In this document: in pieces, positions 23,774 through 36,008 of the stretch
How positions within the stretch are numbered: position 1 is the stretch's first letter
Layout of the letters: each line of letters starts with the position of its first letter
Source of the DNA: Vezdaea acicularis
Taxonomy: Eukaryota
Assembly: GCA_026025075.1 (NCBI GenBank)
Contig: JAPEUI010000076.1
Location: 1 to 64,000 of the forward strand
Reading direction: 5' to 3'
Length of the DNA: 64,000 bases
The notes under the pieces: model-generated
What the model was told of the DNA's origin: nothing
Seen by the model: the letters and a program-made list of their open reading frames with translations, nothing else
Database searches by the model: none
Made by a program: the position numbers and the translations under genes

Positions 23774-26700
23774 GATTGAAGACCGTTGAGAGAAGAGAAA
23801 AGTAACAAGGATGAAATCTCTGCTACACCGAGACGAAGAAAAGGGCGTATACGTGCGTGTTAGGCACGTATACTTGTTGCTGGCGTCAAGAAGTTGAGAA
23901 GGGCAGAAGGATGACAGCGGCGACACTGTCGAAAGTGGTATGTAGGAAGGATGGTTCGATTGAGCGAGAGAACCCCTCTAGTACCTGTTAATGACAACTA
24001 TTGCATTCACTTATATGCATTAGCTACGACATTTCCGGTGACAGGGGTGTGGTGTGGACCCCTGAGATGAAGCAGAGAGCTCACCTCGCCTCACTATCTT
24101 ACCTCACCTCACCTACCCGCTTCACTTTGGATGACGGCGCCTCGTTGGCAGCAAATAAAGGGAGATGAGGAGACGCTAGTAGACAAACGATACTAGGGAG
24201 AAAGTACCCCTTGTCCCTCAAGAAAATGCTTTAGATGAAGGTCATCATATAAATCGCCCCTAGGCTTCTCTTTCACCAAGTCACTAACTCGGATGCTTCA
24301 GGTATTCCGTAAAGCGTTGAAGCGATCGCCCAAATCCTCTCGGCGAAAGGCCAATGCGAAGGGCTGACCAACACCAGACTGGCAATCGATGAGAAGCTAA
24401 AAGGAGGACACGTTCGACCTACGGTTGCCAGACCTACCCTGTGATACAGGGTCTTTGAATCGAGATCGCAACATCCCGACTTCCTTGGGATGGCTCTTGG
24501 CAGCTACGTTCATTGGACTGGCGCTTTGGAGGACTATGCTATCTGATCTACACAAGATATCAAGTCAGAAATGACTGGGTTACTTCAATATGATGAAGGC
24601 TCTTCAATCAGATAAACTGCCCTCCTGTTACACTGAGATTCATTCATAAATTGATAAAGTAGGCATTTTAGGACCAGCCTCTGGTTGATGCCTAGTTAAG
24701 GACAAATGCGCGTGAAGCAAAGGCCGCGTCCCTTGCCTAGGCATGCGGCCATAGTATTCCCAGGCACGCTCCTGCGGGCTGCATAAGCGGACAAGCCGGT
24801 ATGTGAAGTGACCGGCATTCGACTAGCATCAAGAGCTATCGCCGGACTCATCGGGGCGTTGCTGGCAGTGCTCCCATCTGAGACAACTACGGGCCTACGG
24901 TACTGCCCTTCGTTAAAGTGGAGTCAATCCGCTGCGAAGAGGCAAAGACTTGATGTGAGAAATGGAGGGGTCATGGGGGCATGTCTTGGCCGGCTTTCCT
25001 GCTCCTTCGCTAGGTGATTGGTGAGAGTGGAGAAGCTCTGGGTAGGGTTGCGTGATAGCGATGAGACCCCTCATCACAAATCACGAGGTAACCCGATGCC
25101 CGTCCTGCATCAATAGCACGGCTCGACTTACTGAGATAACTAATAGTCGTCCGTAATGGGCTGTCGGTGTCGGTGGCGAAAAAAGAGGGCAACCCGTGAG
25201 CATAGCCCGTGAATCCAGCATACGGGAAGCAAGTCCGCGATCGGGCACGTGTGAGACGCCCTGCCGAAAGCGCAAGGTCGATGATAACCTCACAGTGCAA
25301 CAAATGATCTCATCAGAGGATCGTTGCCTTCGGTATGAGCTAAGAGCCGCGGCGCTTTCAGTGATAAATGAGGAAATAGATGGACTGAGCATGGTGCAGG
25401 AGCCACTTAGTCCAGGTGGAGAAAGGAAAATCGGAAGAAATGGGAGAAGTTGGATAAAGGATCGACGCTTGGTCCATCGTGAGTAAGGAATGACTTGAGA
25501 AGTACGTAAGAAGTAAGGAAATCGTCTCGGGTCAGCTGGTGGCGTAATGGTATCTCTCTCTTACGCACAACGAGAAAGGGGAAATGAGGCAACTAGATAG
25601 CATCTCAGAAGTGATAATCTTCTAGGGCAATACTGCTACCTGTTGCAAGTTTCAGTGATGACTAGATTCGGAAATTGTCATGTACCATAGACCCTGAGCT
25701 GGCTCCGCGGACAATCAAAGTCAGGTTGTAGGTCTGTGTCACGTCTAGTCCCTAATGAGAGATATCTAATATTGCCGCAATTAGACAATCGAGAGGGCAT
25801 AAGGCCCAAGCTTTCGTTATCGGTGCTCAATCGTTGGCGAGGCCGACATCAAGCCAGCTGGTTGAGGGATTTTGAAACCAGGGTGTGGCATGATGTCTAC
25901 GTAGGACGACGTCCGTGCATGAAGACGTTCGCATGAAGGAGGCGCAATTCTGAACAGCTCTGCGATCGTGTCTCACATATCGGAACGGTGTGACATAGCT
26001 TCTCATGTTCGTGAGTTGAAACTATACAACCCACTGCCTGGACCTGAGAGCCAATGAACAGTCTGAAGTAAAGCGCCAAGGTCGACGCGTTCAGTATTCA
26101 GGCCCACTGAATATGCAACACGTCGATTCGGCATTTTCAGCGCTTCTGCGCGGGGTCCTAGGGATGAGTTGAGCTGAGGAAATACGATGCTGTAGCGGGG
26201 AAGCCTTTGATAGGCAGACAGAGCAAAAGGCTATTGCCGCCGAAATCGAACGCAAGGGCCATCACGAGCACCGTGCCACGACGACACGAGTTGCAGCCGC
26301 AGCTGTTGCGTTCACCTACCCACAAGATTGTTGAGATCGGCGTCTATCACCTATGTTTGACACAGGCTAACATACGCAGAGAAGGAGCAGCCTTATGGTT
26401 TGAGCGCTCATTGAAAGCGACCTAGCATTTTTTGGCACAGCTATCGTCAACGGAGGACCGCGGCTTCCGTTAAATGTGCTATTTGCCAAGAGGGACGGCT
26501 CCGAGGCCGGACCCGGTTTGACCCTTTGATCGTTGGAAGAGTACACAGAGCCGATCTGAGGCCGTAGTATTGTGGTAATACCAAACTCCGAGAAACAGTA
26601 CACATATCTACCTCTGGTCGGTTAGTGGCGTATGTTATCCAGCCTTCTTGTCTGACCCAGGACTGTTATCATCTATCAGACACTCATATCTCGTTGTCCG

Positions 26701-28875
26701 CGCCTAGCAGAATTTCAAACCCGGCTACCTAAAGAGTCGGAACGGGGCCAGTTTCCAGTGTACAAGCGTTGAACCTTTTCAGGGGAACTCCCCGAGATAC
26801 GAAGTTAAGGGATATCATCATCAATAGCATGATAGATTTCGCTTTATGGTGACGATCTGTAGCCTCGCAAATCAGAGGGTACATACGGAAAAGGATAGGC
26901 GGTCCTGAAACAGTAGTGGATAAGATCAAGTCTGATCGGAACGGCCGAAGAACACGCATCGAAGACGGCTTGGGTGCGACGCTAAGGGAAACATGCACAT
27001 GCAGGACGGCGCATTCCTTTCATGTATGAGGAGTTCCGCTGGTGATCAGCATCACCCAATAAGAATGGCCAATCAGTTCGGCGGTGATCGCGGTTCTAAC
27101 GGGTTATTGAGCAGGCTCAGCGTCTCGTCGGTTGGGAGGCAACAATGGATTGGCCTAGAGCATCCGACCTGAAGAAGACTCTAAGCCGTCGAGAGTTAGT
27201 GGCCATCCTTGCGGCCATGTGGCATGCCGACCTGACCAGGGCCTTTAGTATCTTACGAGGTGTTGAGGGCTTCCCCACTAATGGTCCACACCTGCCGTCA
27301 CTTTTCATAGCCCTAAAGTACACTGGGTGTTCTTCCGTCCTGCTGGGATCGTCCCGGTTCCGCGATCTACTCTCGTGAGGCGACTAGTCCTGACCACCTT
27401 TGCGTCATTTGTTGTCAAATAATACGTTGAAACGGGTCGGGAGGGTGCCGAGCGGTGAGGAAAGCCAACGGGGCCAATGATGATGCATGTCCGGATCCCC
27501 AGCCTCCAGTCCACCATCGTAGGATGGGGTTGAAGGTGTGGTGTGTGTGATGGAAGGTTGGGGCCGCTGAAAAGAGGAGACTGTGGGGCAGGGTGGTCGC
27601 TTAGAGGCATGACATAATCAACCAAGGCCGGAGGGACCGGTATGAACGGCCAATAGAAAGCAGTACCGGACTACACCAAGCATCCTGGACGCTGCGCTAG
27701 CCCTGATCTCGCTTCCACGAGGCACGATGATGTCGCAACCGGACCTGTCACGATCATGGTACGCCATGTGCGACGTCCTGGATATCGGCATCTGGAGATA
27801 ACTCAACTCATCGTCGGCGGCCTTCCAGACCGCACGGCTCGCAGTGGCAAGTTGGTAACTTTTCTTTTTCGGAAAATATGGCCTGAAGTGCCCCGTTGTG
27901 CCCACTATTCTCTCACTGGTCCCAGCGTTCGCAACCCTGACCTAGCCCGAAACCGCAAGACTAGGACTCATGTTGTCAGGATGCGAATCCTACAAAGTCC
28001 CTCGCCCACACGCGGCGGTGCTGAACGGCCTCCGTTCTTCACTTCCGCGGTATCCCTCTGAAACAGTATCCACCATTTTCATTGCGAGATCATCATTGCT
28101 AGGGCATTATTTGGCAGGCGTGGGCGGTTTCGCCGTCCCTGCCACCTCGTGGCCTTCGGAACACCAAACCGACTACTCTCCGTCCTATCACACCTGACGG
28201 CAGCGATCACCCTTGATCAACCGTCTCTAGGTTGATTTCTTACTCGATGGAGCATGCTGCATAGTGCCAAGTGTGCAGCTTTGCATGGCATCATCCGGGA
28301 GGCCACGTTCTGATCGACATGGTTGCCGTGCGGGAAACGCAAGAGCGGCTGATCTTGATGGAGCAATAAGGAAGATGATTCGATGGTGTTGCCAGCCTTC
28401 TATCTCCAGGTAGATGAAATAAGCTGGGGATGTCATCGTTTCCTCTCAACCAACCCATGGCCAGTGATACTTGTAACGGCGTATCAGCCCGTTCAGCTAG
28501 GACATTCCGCAACCCCCTTCGTCCCTCTCGACCTATAGTCTCTCCACACAGACCACCATTTATGGCTGTGCTCGGACGGACACGACGGACACGACGGACC
28601 CCTCTATCTCCCCTCTCGCCCCAGTTCGTCCGCGACCTGCGTCGCCTTAGGGTTCCACTTCCTTCCCCGACCCTGCCCACCCTGCAAGCCACTGTCTAAT
28701 CCCAAAACACCCTGTCAACCTTGTCGATCTCAGAATATTACTAGGGCGCATCACTTCCTTCCTCGACCTTCTCGGGCTTTTCTAGAAGCTTTGTCGTTCG
28801 CATATTACCATCCATCTGCCATGAATACTCGTCTCGCGCCATTCCTCTGTCTTGCGCACCTTTAACTCTTTGAAT

Positions 28876-30902
28876 ATGCTTCTTTTCCACCGTCCGGTAC
28901 CGGCAAAGATCCCAAAACGAAGGTCCCGAGCAGGTATGCTCATGCGCTTCTTTTGTTCCTCTAATATTCACTCATCTGAGCGTTGCTGACTCCAACGCCA
29001 AAAATAGGATGCATTCATTGGTATGTGCAGTGTTGTTGGAATTCTGGTCCACCGGTCCATTTCCGAGCATTGAGCTGATCGAGATCTAGCAAGGAGAAAA
29101 AGAAGAAGTGCAACGAAGACAAGCCGCAATGCGACCGATGCCAGGAACGAGGACTCCTCTGTGCATACGAACCGGTCAAACCGCGAAAGAGGAGGCGGAC
29201 CATGTCTGCAGTCGAGTCAAGTCAATCAAGGCCTCACGTCACCAGTGACCCTAATCATCCGCCGCCTCCTCATGTTCAGTTTCAATCTCAGCATTCGCAG
29301 CAGAACGGCTTCTCTAACGTGTTCATGAATGCGAGGCAGAGTTCAAGCTCGGCTTCTCCGGTGATCGATGGTTGGGATGACAGCGGGCTCTCAGCTGGAG
29401 GTTCGTCTGCTTCAAGTTGTGGCGATATGCTAGATGATGGATCTCTTCCTCCACTGGACCCCTTCGAAGGACATCTGCCAACATGTACTGCAGACGATAT
29501 CTTTGCGCCCATCGCAGCGAGGTCGAAGAGTGCATTTCCGGATTTACCGACCCTCGCACCCGCTCCAAATAGTTCCCCACTTCAACCCTCGCCACTACAG
29601 AGCTCTTCACCCTCCTTCGTTGAGTTTACACCGAAGAAGTCGCGACAGACTTTACTTTCCCACTTCGCCCGGGTCCTCAGTCACCTCTTGGTCTTCAGGG
29701 ATGACCCAGAGAATCCTTTCACTCATTTCATTCTCCCTATGGCGTTACGAAGCCAAGTGGTTTTGAACGCCATCTTAGCCCTTTCCACAGCTCATATGGA
29801 ACATCGAGGCTTAGAAAACGAGGAGAGGTCGCTAGATCTGCATTCCAAGGCAATATCGGGACTTTCGAATCTCATTGCAGGGGGGGACAAGACGAATCGC
29901 GATGAAGTTCTAGCAGTGATTATGCTTCTTGTGTACTATGAAGTAAAACTCACTTCCACATGAACTTGAGCGATGGAGACTAATTTCAAGTAGGTGGTGC
30001 GGGGAGGATCTTCGGCAATCCTCCATAGCCACTTGAAAGGGGCGTTATCCATCATGAAGGCAAGGCACCTAGGTCAATCCCCAACAGGCTTGTTCTTAGA
30101 AAAGGTGGGTTTAAATCAATATCTTCTTGCCTCCAGCATATATACTCACATAGCACAGGCATATCGTTACTTTGACGTAATTTGCGCCCTCTCGTTCGGT
30201 ACAACACCCTTTTCCGGTAGCGTGCCACCTCAGCCCAAGGAAGGAGTTTCCTTGGACCTAAATGCTATATCAGCTGTCGACAACCTTTTTGGCCTTATGA
30301 CGGACCTATGGCCGCTTGTGCATAGGATCGCTACACTTTTGGAGAAGAAAACGCAAATAGATTCCGAGGCTCATATGAACCCTGATAAAGCGAATGCTAT
30401 GCGAGCAGACCTCGAAGCTAATACATCAAACATTGCATTAGCGCTCTATCAATGGCAACCTAAATTACCTGGCTCGCTCTTAGTGACCGATGTATCGGCC
30501 GACGACTCAAAGGTTCAATCCATCATAAGTAACGCAGAAGCCTATCGGCAGGCATGCCTTGTCTATCTCTTCAGAACTATTCACTGCCACCCTCGCAAAT
30601 CGCCAAAGGTACAGACACATACAAAGCACGCGCTTCAGGCATGTCTTCGAGTCATCATCTTCACTGGCCCTATGTCAACCCTGCTCTGGCCGCTCTTCAC
30701 TGCGGCCTGCGAGGCAATTGAGGATGTTGACAAGAATGTGGCTAGAACTGTCTTTCAGCACCTCGAATCTCGACAAGGCATGCAGAATATTGTCTTCGCA
30801 TCTCATGTAGCCGAGGAAGTCTGGCGGCGGCAAGACTTGGGCCAAGAAGTTGATTGGCGGCAAGTTGCAAACGAACGAGGTTTGAGCACTGTTCTTGGGT
30901 AA
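28876..30902 (+). CDS. Zn(II)2Cys6 transcription factor with Fungal_trans_2-type C-terminal domain
   Basis: KRRSRAG|CIHC|KEKKKKCNEDKPQCDRCQERGLLCAY is assembled across a 13-nt microexon (29008-29020). Also NPF...ILPMA, AILALS, HLKGAL, AEAYRQA and LLWPLFTAACEA. The start codon is tentative. Confidence 0.9.
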
Positions 30903-31780
30903 CATCATGATACCCCTTATGCACTCTTTTGGGATTTGGATTCAAGCAAGCTGGTCTCGCATCTCATTTTCTTCCTTTTGTTCATATGCTCTCTCATGGT
31001 TCAAATGCATATCTCCGTTCTCCTGTTTGTTGCTCTATGCGACCGTTGCGCTCTTTTTTGAATTGCAAAAGCACTCTTTTGAGCTATGTAGATACAATTT
31101 GTGGGATATAAGCGATTGGGAACTTTGGCGTCATGGCAGCAGGGCAACTGTGGCATCAAAGCGGCCTGGAACTTTTCTTGGGGTTATTTCACACGGTCCA
31201 TCTGAATTTGTGTCTAACGGATATTCAAGTTCGTGTTTGAGCGGCAACGTAGCTAGTTTTTGGTTATGCTAGTAGATGAGATGCAAATCTATGTCGAGCT
31301 TTCATTCTAATGCTTTCGACCTTGGGTAAAAAGAGATCCTTAAGTGCAGGTGTTCTCACCTTTTAGGTTACCGTTGGCAAACACAGGTCTCATTTCGGGT
31401 GAGTCAAGTCAACCCTCAGGTCGACCGACGGTGTCGGAACTCTAACTCACATAATTATGAAAACAAAGAATTAAATACCGAAAAAATCAGAAAAATATTT
31501 GGTACGATATCTGCTATTTCTCCGCACAGTCACATCGTATAATTATTGTCATGAGCGAGTCGACGAGTTCTCGTCGAATCAATCGTGCACGCCCGAGTTC
31601 TCCCGATGCTTAACCGAATTCGGTCGGGCGCATCGCCAAAATTTCCCGCCAGACGATTTCTGATGGTCTTGGCCTCAGATCACACGAAATCTTCTCATCA
31701 CCTGAAGCTTAAGCCACTTCTCATATCCTACGACCTTTCAATCTCTTCAACCCTCCACTCATTTTCCCTATCCCTTCACA

Positions 31781-32982
31781 ATGGCAGCTTCAGCTCCCCC
31801 CAGCTCGACGGGGTCGCAGAAGCTCGATGCACTGGTTCAACAGACCGCAGCGAAGACTCCTGAAAAGCTCAGCGGGATGGCCCTCTACTCGCGATTCGCG
31901 TTTGCTGGCGCCGTATGCTGCGCAGTCACTCACGGAGCCCTCACACCTGTCGATGTGTAAGTTATCCCTGTCAATTGAAGCGACGAGAATATATTGCAAC
32001 ATATCCACCCATGCAGAGCACCCAAGTGTACAAAAGAAATAGCTGACAATCATCACCTTGTAGTGTCAAGACAAGGATACAACTGGACCCTGTCACGTAT
32101 AATACTGGTCTCATCGGCGGTTTCAGGAAGGTCGTTGCCACAGAAGGTGCCGGAGCTCTTCTTACAGGATTCGGCCCAACCGCTGCTGGATACTTCCTTC
32201 AGGGAGCTTTCAAGTTTGGTGGCTATGAGCTCTTTAAGCAGCAATGTATCAACATACTTGGCTACGAGACCGCCTCGAATAACCGAACGGCTGTCTATCT
32301 TGCTTCTTCTGCCCTTGCTGAGTTCTTCGCCGATATTGCGCTATGCCCCTTAGAGGCCACTCGTATTCGACTTGTGTCTGAGCCCACCTTTGCTAGCGGT
32401 CTTGTGAGCGGATTTGGAAAGATTGCTAAGACAGAGGGAATTGGTGCTTTCTACTCAGGATTCGGACCTATTCTGTTCAAGCAGTAAGTCCTTTGCATAG
32501 ATTCGCGCGGCAGCAGGAAACCGGGGGCTAATGCCACGTTAGGGTTCCTTACACAATGGCAAAGTTCGTCGTTTATGAGAAGGTTTCGGAGATGGTCTAT
32601 CGATCGGTTGACAAGAGCTCGATCTCGAGTGGTGCTCAGACAGGTATCAACTTGGGATCCGGTCTTATCGCTGGTTTTGCCGCCGCACTAGTGTCTCAAC
32701 CTGCCGATACGATGTTGAGCAAGATCAATAAGACGAAGGGAGCACCTGGTGAAGGAACCACCTCACGTTTGATTAAGATTGGCAAAGAGCTTGGTCTTCG
32801 TGGAAGCTATACTGGCATCGGTGCTCGTCTGTTCATGGTTGGAACCTTGACTGCTGGCCAATTTGCCATCTACGGTAAACATCCTCCTTCTTGATCGCTG
32901 CACAGATTTACTAATCTGATTGTCAACAGGTGACATCAAGAAAGCTCTTGGTGCTACTGGGGGAGTTGAGATCTCGAAGTAG
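31781..32982 (+). CDS. MIR1: Mitochondrial phosphate carrier
   Basis: [63 protein letters not shown] and [12 protein letters not shown]. Three introns. Confidence 0.96.
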
Positions 32983-33868
32983 GAGCTCCCAGGGAGCTTC
33001 TTTTTATTCGTAAGGGCAAATGCTTCTCCACGGCCCAAATATACTTCAGATGGCCTGAGGAATAGGGTAGTATACTGGATGCATGGGTCTTCATTTCTTT
33101 TGTATCAATGCATGGCAAGATGGCGGCTTTGCGAATAATCTGCGTCTGTGCATGGGGCTTCTTGCAAAAATTAGACATAGAAGAGGCTCGTGGCACGCGG
33201 GTCAAGAGCGTGTAATTCTAGCATTCAAACGATGTTCCAAAGCTTCGAGGATTCCCACGTTCTAGTCAACCTCCGATCTCCCCAAATCTGCAGTTACATG
33301 GAAGACACGAGGTCAAAGAAGTCTGAATTGAGCCCCTAATTTTATTGATTGGGATCGCCATCCCACGTGTTGAATTTAGCGGGATGCGCCTTGGCTACGT
33401 CATAACCCCCCTGGCCTGGGAACTTTTACTTCACCTCCAACTTTTGGAGCTCGGTACACATCTTTAGGCCCAGCTCCGGGTCCATGCGCCTATATCCGCT
33501 GTTCATTGGGGTCGTAGGCAAAAGCTATGGCGCTTGCTGATAAGACTCGTCAGCGTTTTAGTGCCATGGTGCCCATGCCATCTTCCCCTCTATCGTGAAA
33601 AACGCAATTGCGATTGTAGAAAGCGCACCACAAGCGACTGCTTCATTTCAAACTGTTCATTGTCCGTTCTCTGTGGTATAATTTGCTCAGACGCTTGTAG
33701 CTCCGGCTTCGGATCTATCGCCAGTTTTCTCCTACTTGCCGCGCTTTTGTGTTGCTCCCCCAAACACTCTGAGTTCCTTGGCTGAGCCCTGAGCTTTTCT
33801 TCGATCACTTGTACCTCTCAATCACGACTTACGTGTGAATCCACAACGTTAGAAAGCTCTCCGCTACC

Positions 33869-36008
33869 ATGGGTGACAAGGGTAAGTATTCTAGAAACTG
33901 TGTATACATGTTTCCTCTGGCCCGGAAACATACTTCACCTGGCTCGCACAATCATGAGTTAAACACTGACGGCTGCCTTCAAATTTTAGAGCAGAAACCA
34001 ACTCCCGAGAATGTTACCATGCTCCAGGCCTTCGAATGGTTCTGTCCGGACGACGGCAAGCACTGGCAGCGCCTCAAGGACGCCGTCACCGGTCTGAAAG
34101 CTACAGGGATCGACAATATCTGGGTGCCCCCCGGATGCAAGGGTAGCAGCCCACAGAGCAATGGATATGACATCGTAAGCGAAAAACTAGTGCAAAAGAT
34201 GACATAGACTAAGACCTGCGTGAAGTATGATCTTTATGACCTTGGCGAGTTCGACACGAAGGGCGGAAAGGCCACAAAGTGGGGCACTAAAGAGGAACTA
34301 TTGGACCTCTCACACAAGGCGAACGAGGTTGGTGTGGGACTATACTGGGATGCAGTTTTGAACCATAAAGCTTCTGCGGACTATAAGGAAAAGTGCATGG
34401 CTGTTGAGGTAGATTCTGAAGGTTAGTCAAATTCCCTCAGAGTGCCTCTTCAGACTCCCTGTATCATCATGGTAATCGAGCTTCCAAACCCTATACTACA
34501 GCATACATACATAGGTCATGCCTCTACAAGACTCAGAACCTATATGGAGCATTTTAAATGTCTTTCTCTCTCCTGTACCTCTTATTCTCTTCTCTCGTTC
34601 CTTTCCTTCTTGGAAACACTTATCCCTCCTTTCTCTCTCTTCCTACATCTTCTCCATCATCTCCTGCGTCTGCTGTCTAAAATGCGCGCACATACTAGAC
34701 CGTACGAAAACCGTCAGTGAACCTGAGCAGATTGACGCCTGGCTTGGATTTGATTTCCCTGCTCGAGGAGACAAGTATAGCACGCAGAAGGTAAACTTTT
34801 GGCTGGGCAAAACAGCCGCGCCTCGAAAGGTCGGTAATCGTTATTCTAACATATGTTCTAGTATCATTGGTATCATTTCAGCGGTACCGACTTCAATGCT
34901 GCGAACAACAAATCCGCTATATATAAGATACTTGGTGACAACAAGGACTGGTCCCATTCGGTGGACCAGGAGAAGGGCAACTATGACTTCCTCATGTTCG
35001 CCGATCTGTCTTATGAGCATCCGGAAGTCAAGGAAGATGTCAACAATTGGGGCGTGTGGATCGGCAAGCAGTTGACGCTCAAGGGGTTCCGGTTTGATGC
35101 TGTAAAGCACTTCTCCGAAGATTTCCTAAAAGAGTTCCTCGCAAACTTCGAGAAGACTTATGGGCTAGATGGCTTCTACGTTGGAGAGTTCTGGGAGGAC
35201 TCCTTGGAAGGCTTGACGGCTTATTTGCAACGAATGGACCACAAATTCTCCTTGTTTGACGTCCCGCTCGTCATGAACTTCTCAAAGATCAGCAAGGAAG
35301 AAAATGGCGATCTCACAAAGGTCTTTGAAGGGACTTTGGTAAAAGTTGAGCCAGTGAACGCAGTGGTAAGCTTGATACTATCAAGCTCGTATTAGTTTTG
35401 ACTAACAACTATCGACAGACCCTGGTTCTGAACCACGACATCCAAGCATACAGGGACATCGCCCTTCCCCTGGACGACTGGTTCAAGCCTTTAGCCTATT
35501 CCCTGATCTGCCTCCGCTACGACGGTTATCCGTAAGCTCCTCTCCTTTCCCTCTCCTATTCCCAAAAACCTGACACCCCGCGAGCTGCCTCTTCTACGGC
35601 GACCTCTACGGCACCAAAGGCGAGCACCCCCTTCCCCCCGCCTGCTCTGGTAAACTCCCCGACATCGCCCTTGCGCGCAAATTGTACGCCTACGGCGAGC
35701 AAGAGGACTATCTTGACTTCCAGACGTGCATCGGCTGGGTGCGCCGCGGGACGCATGACCGCCCCTTTGGCCTCGCCTGCGTGATGTCCAACGCAGGCCC
35801 GAACGAGAAGAACATGTATGTGGGCACGGAGCACAAGGGAGAGGTGTGGACGGATGTGCTGGGCTGGGAGAGCAGCGAGGTCACGATCGGCGAGGATGGG
35901 AAGGGCATGTTCACTTGTCCCGGCACGAGCGTCGCGATCTGGGTCAACAAGGAGGCTACAGGGAGGGATCGCTTCGGCAAGTTCGATGCGAATATCTACA
36001 AGGAGTGA
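33869..36008 (+). CDS. Intracellular alpha-amylase, GH13_5 (bacterial liquefying-type)
   Basis: No signal peptide. TMLQAFEW, GYDIYDLYDLGEF, DAVLNHK, GFRFDAVKH (nucleophile), VGEFW (acid/base) and NHD. About 6 introns, including a 277-nt one at 34422-34698. Confidence 0.93.
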
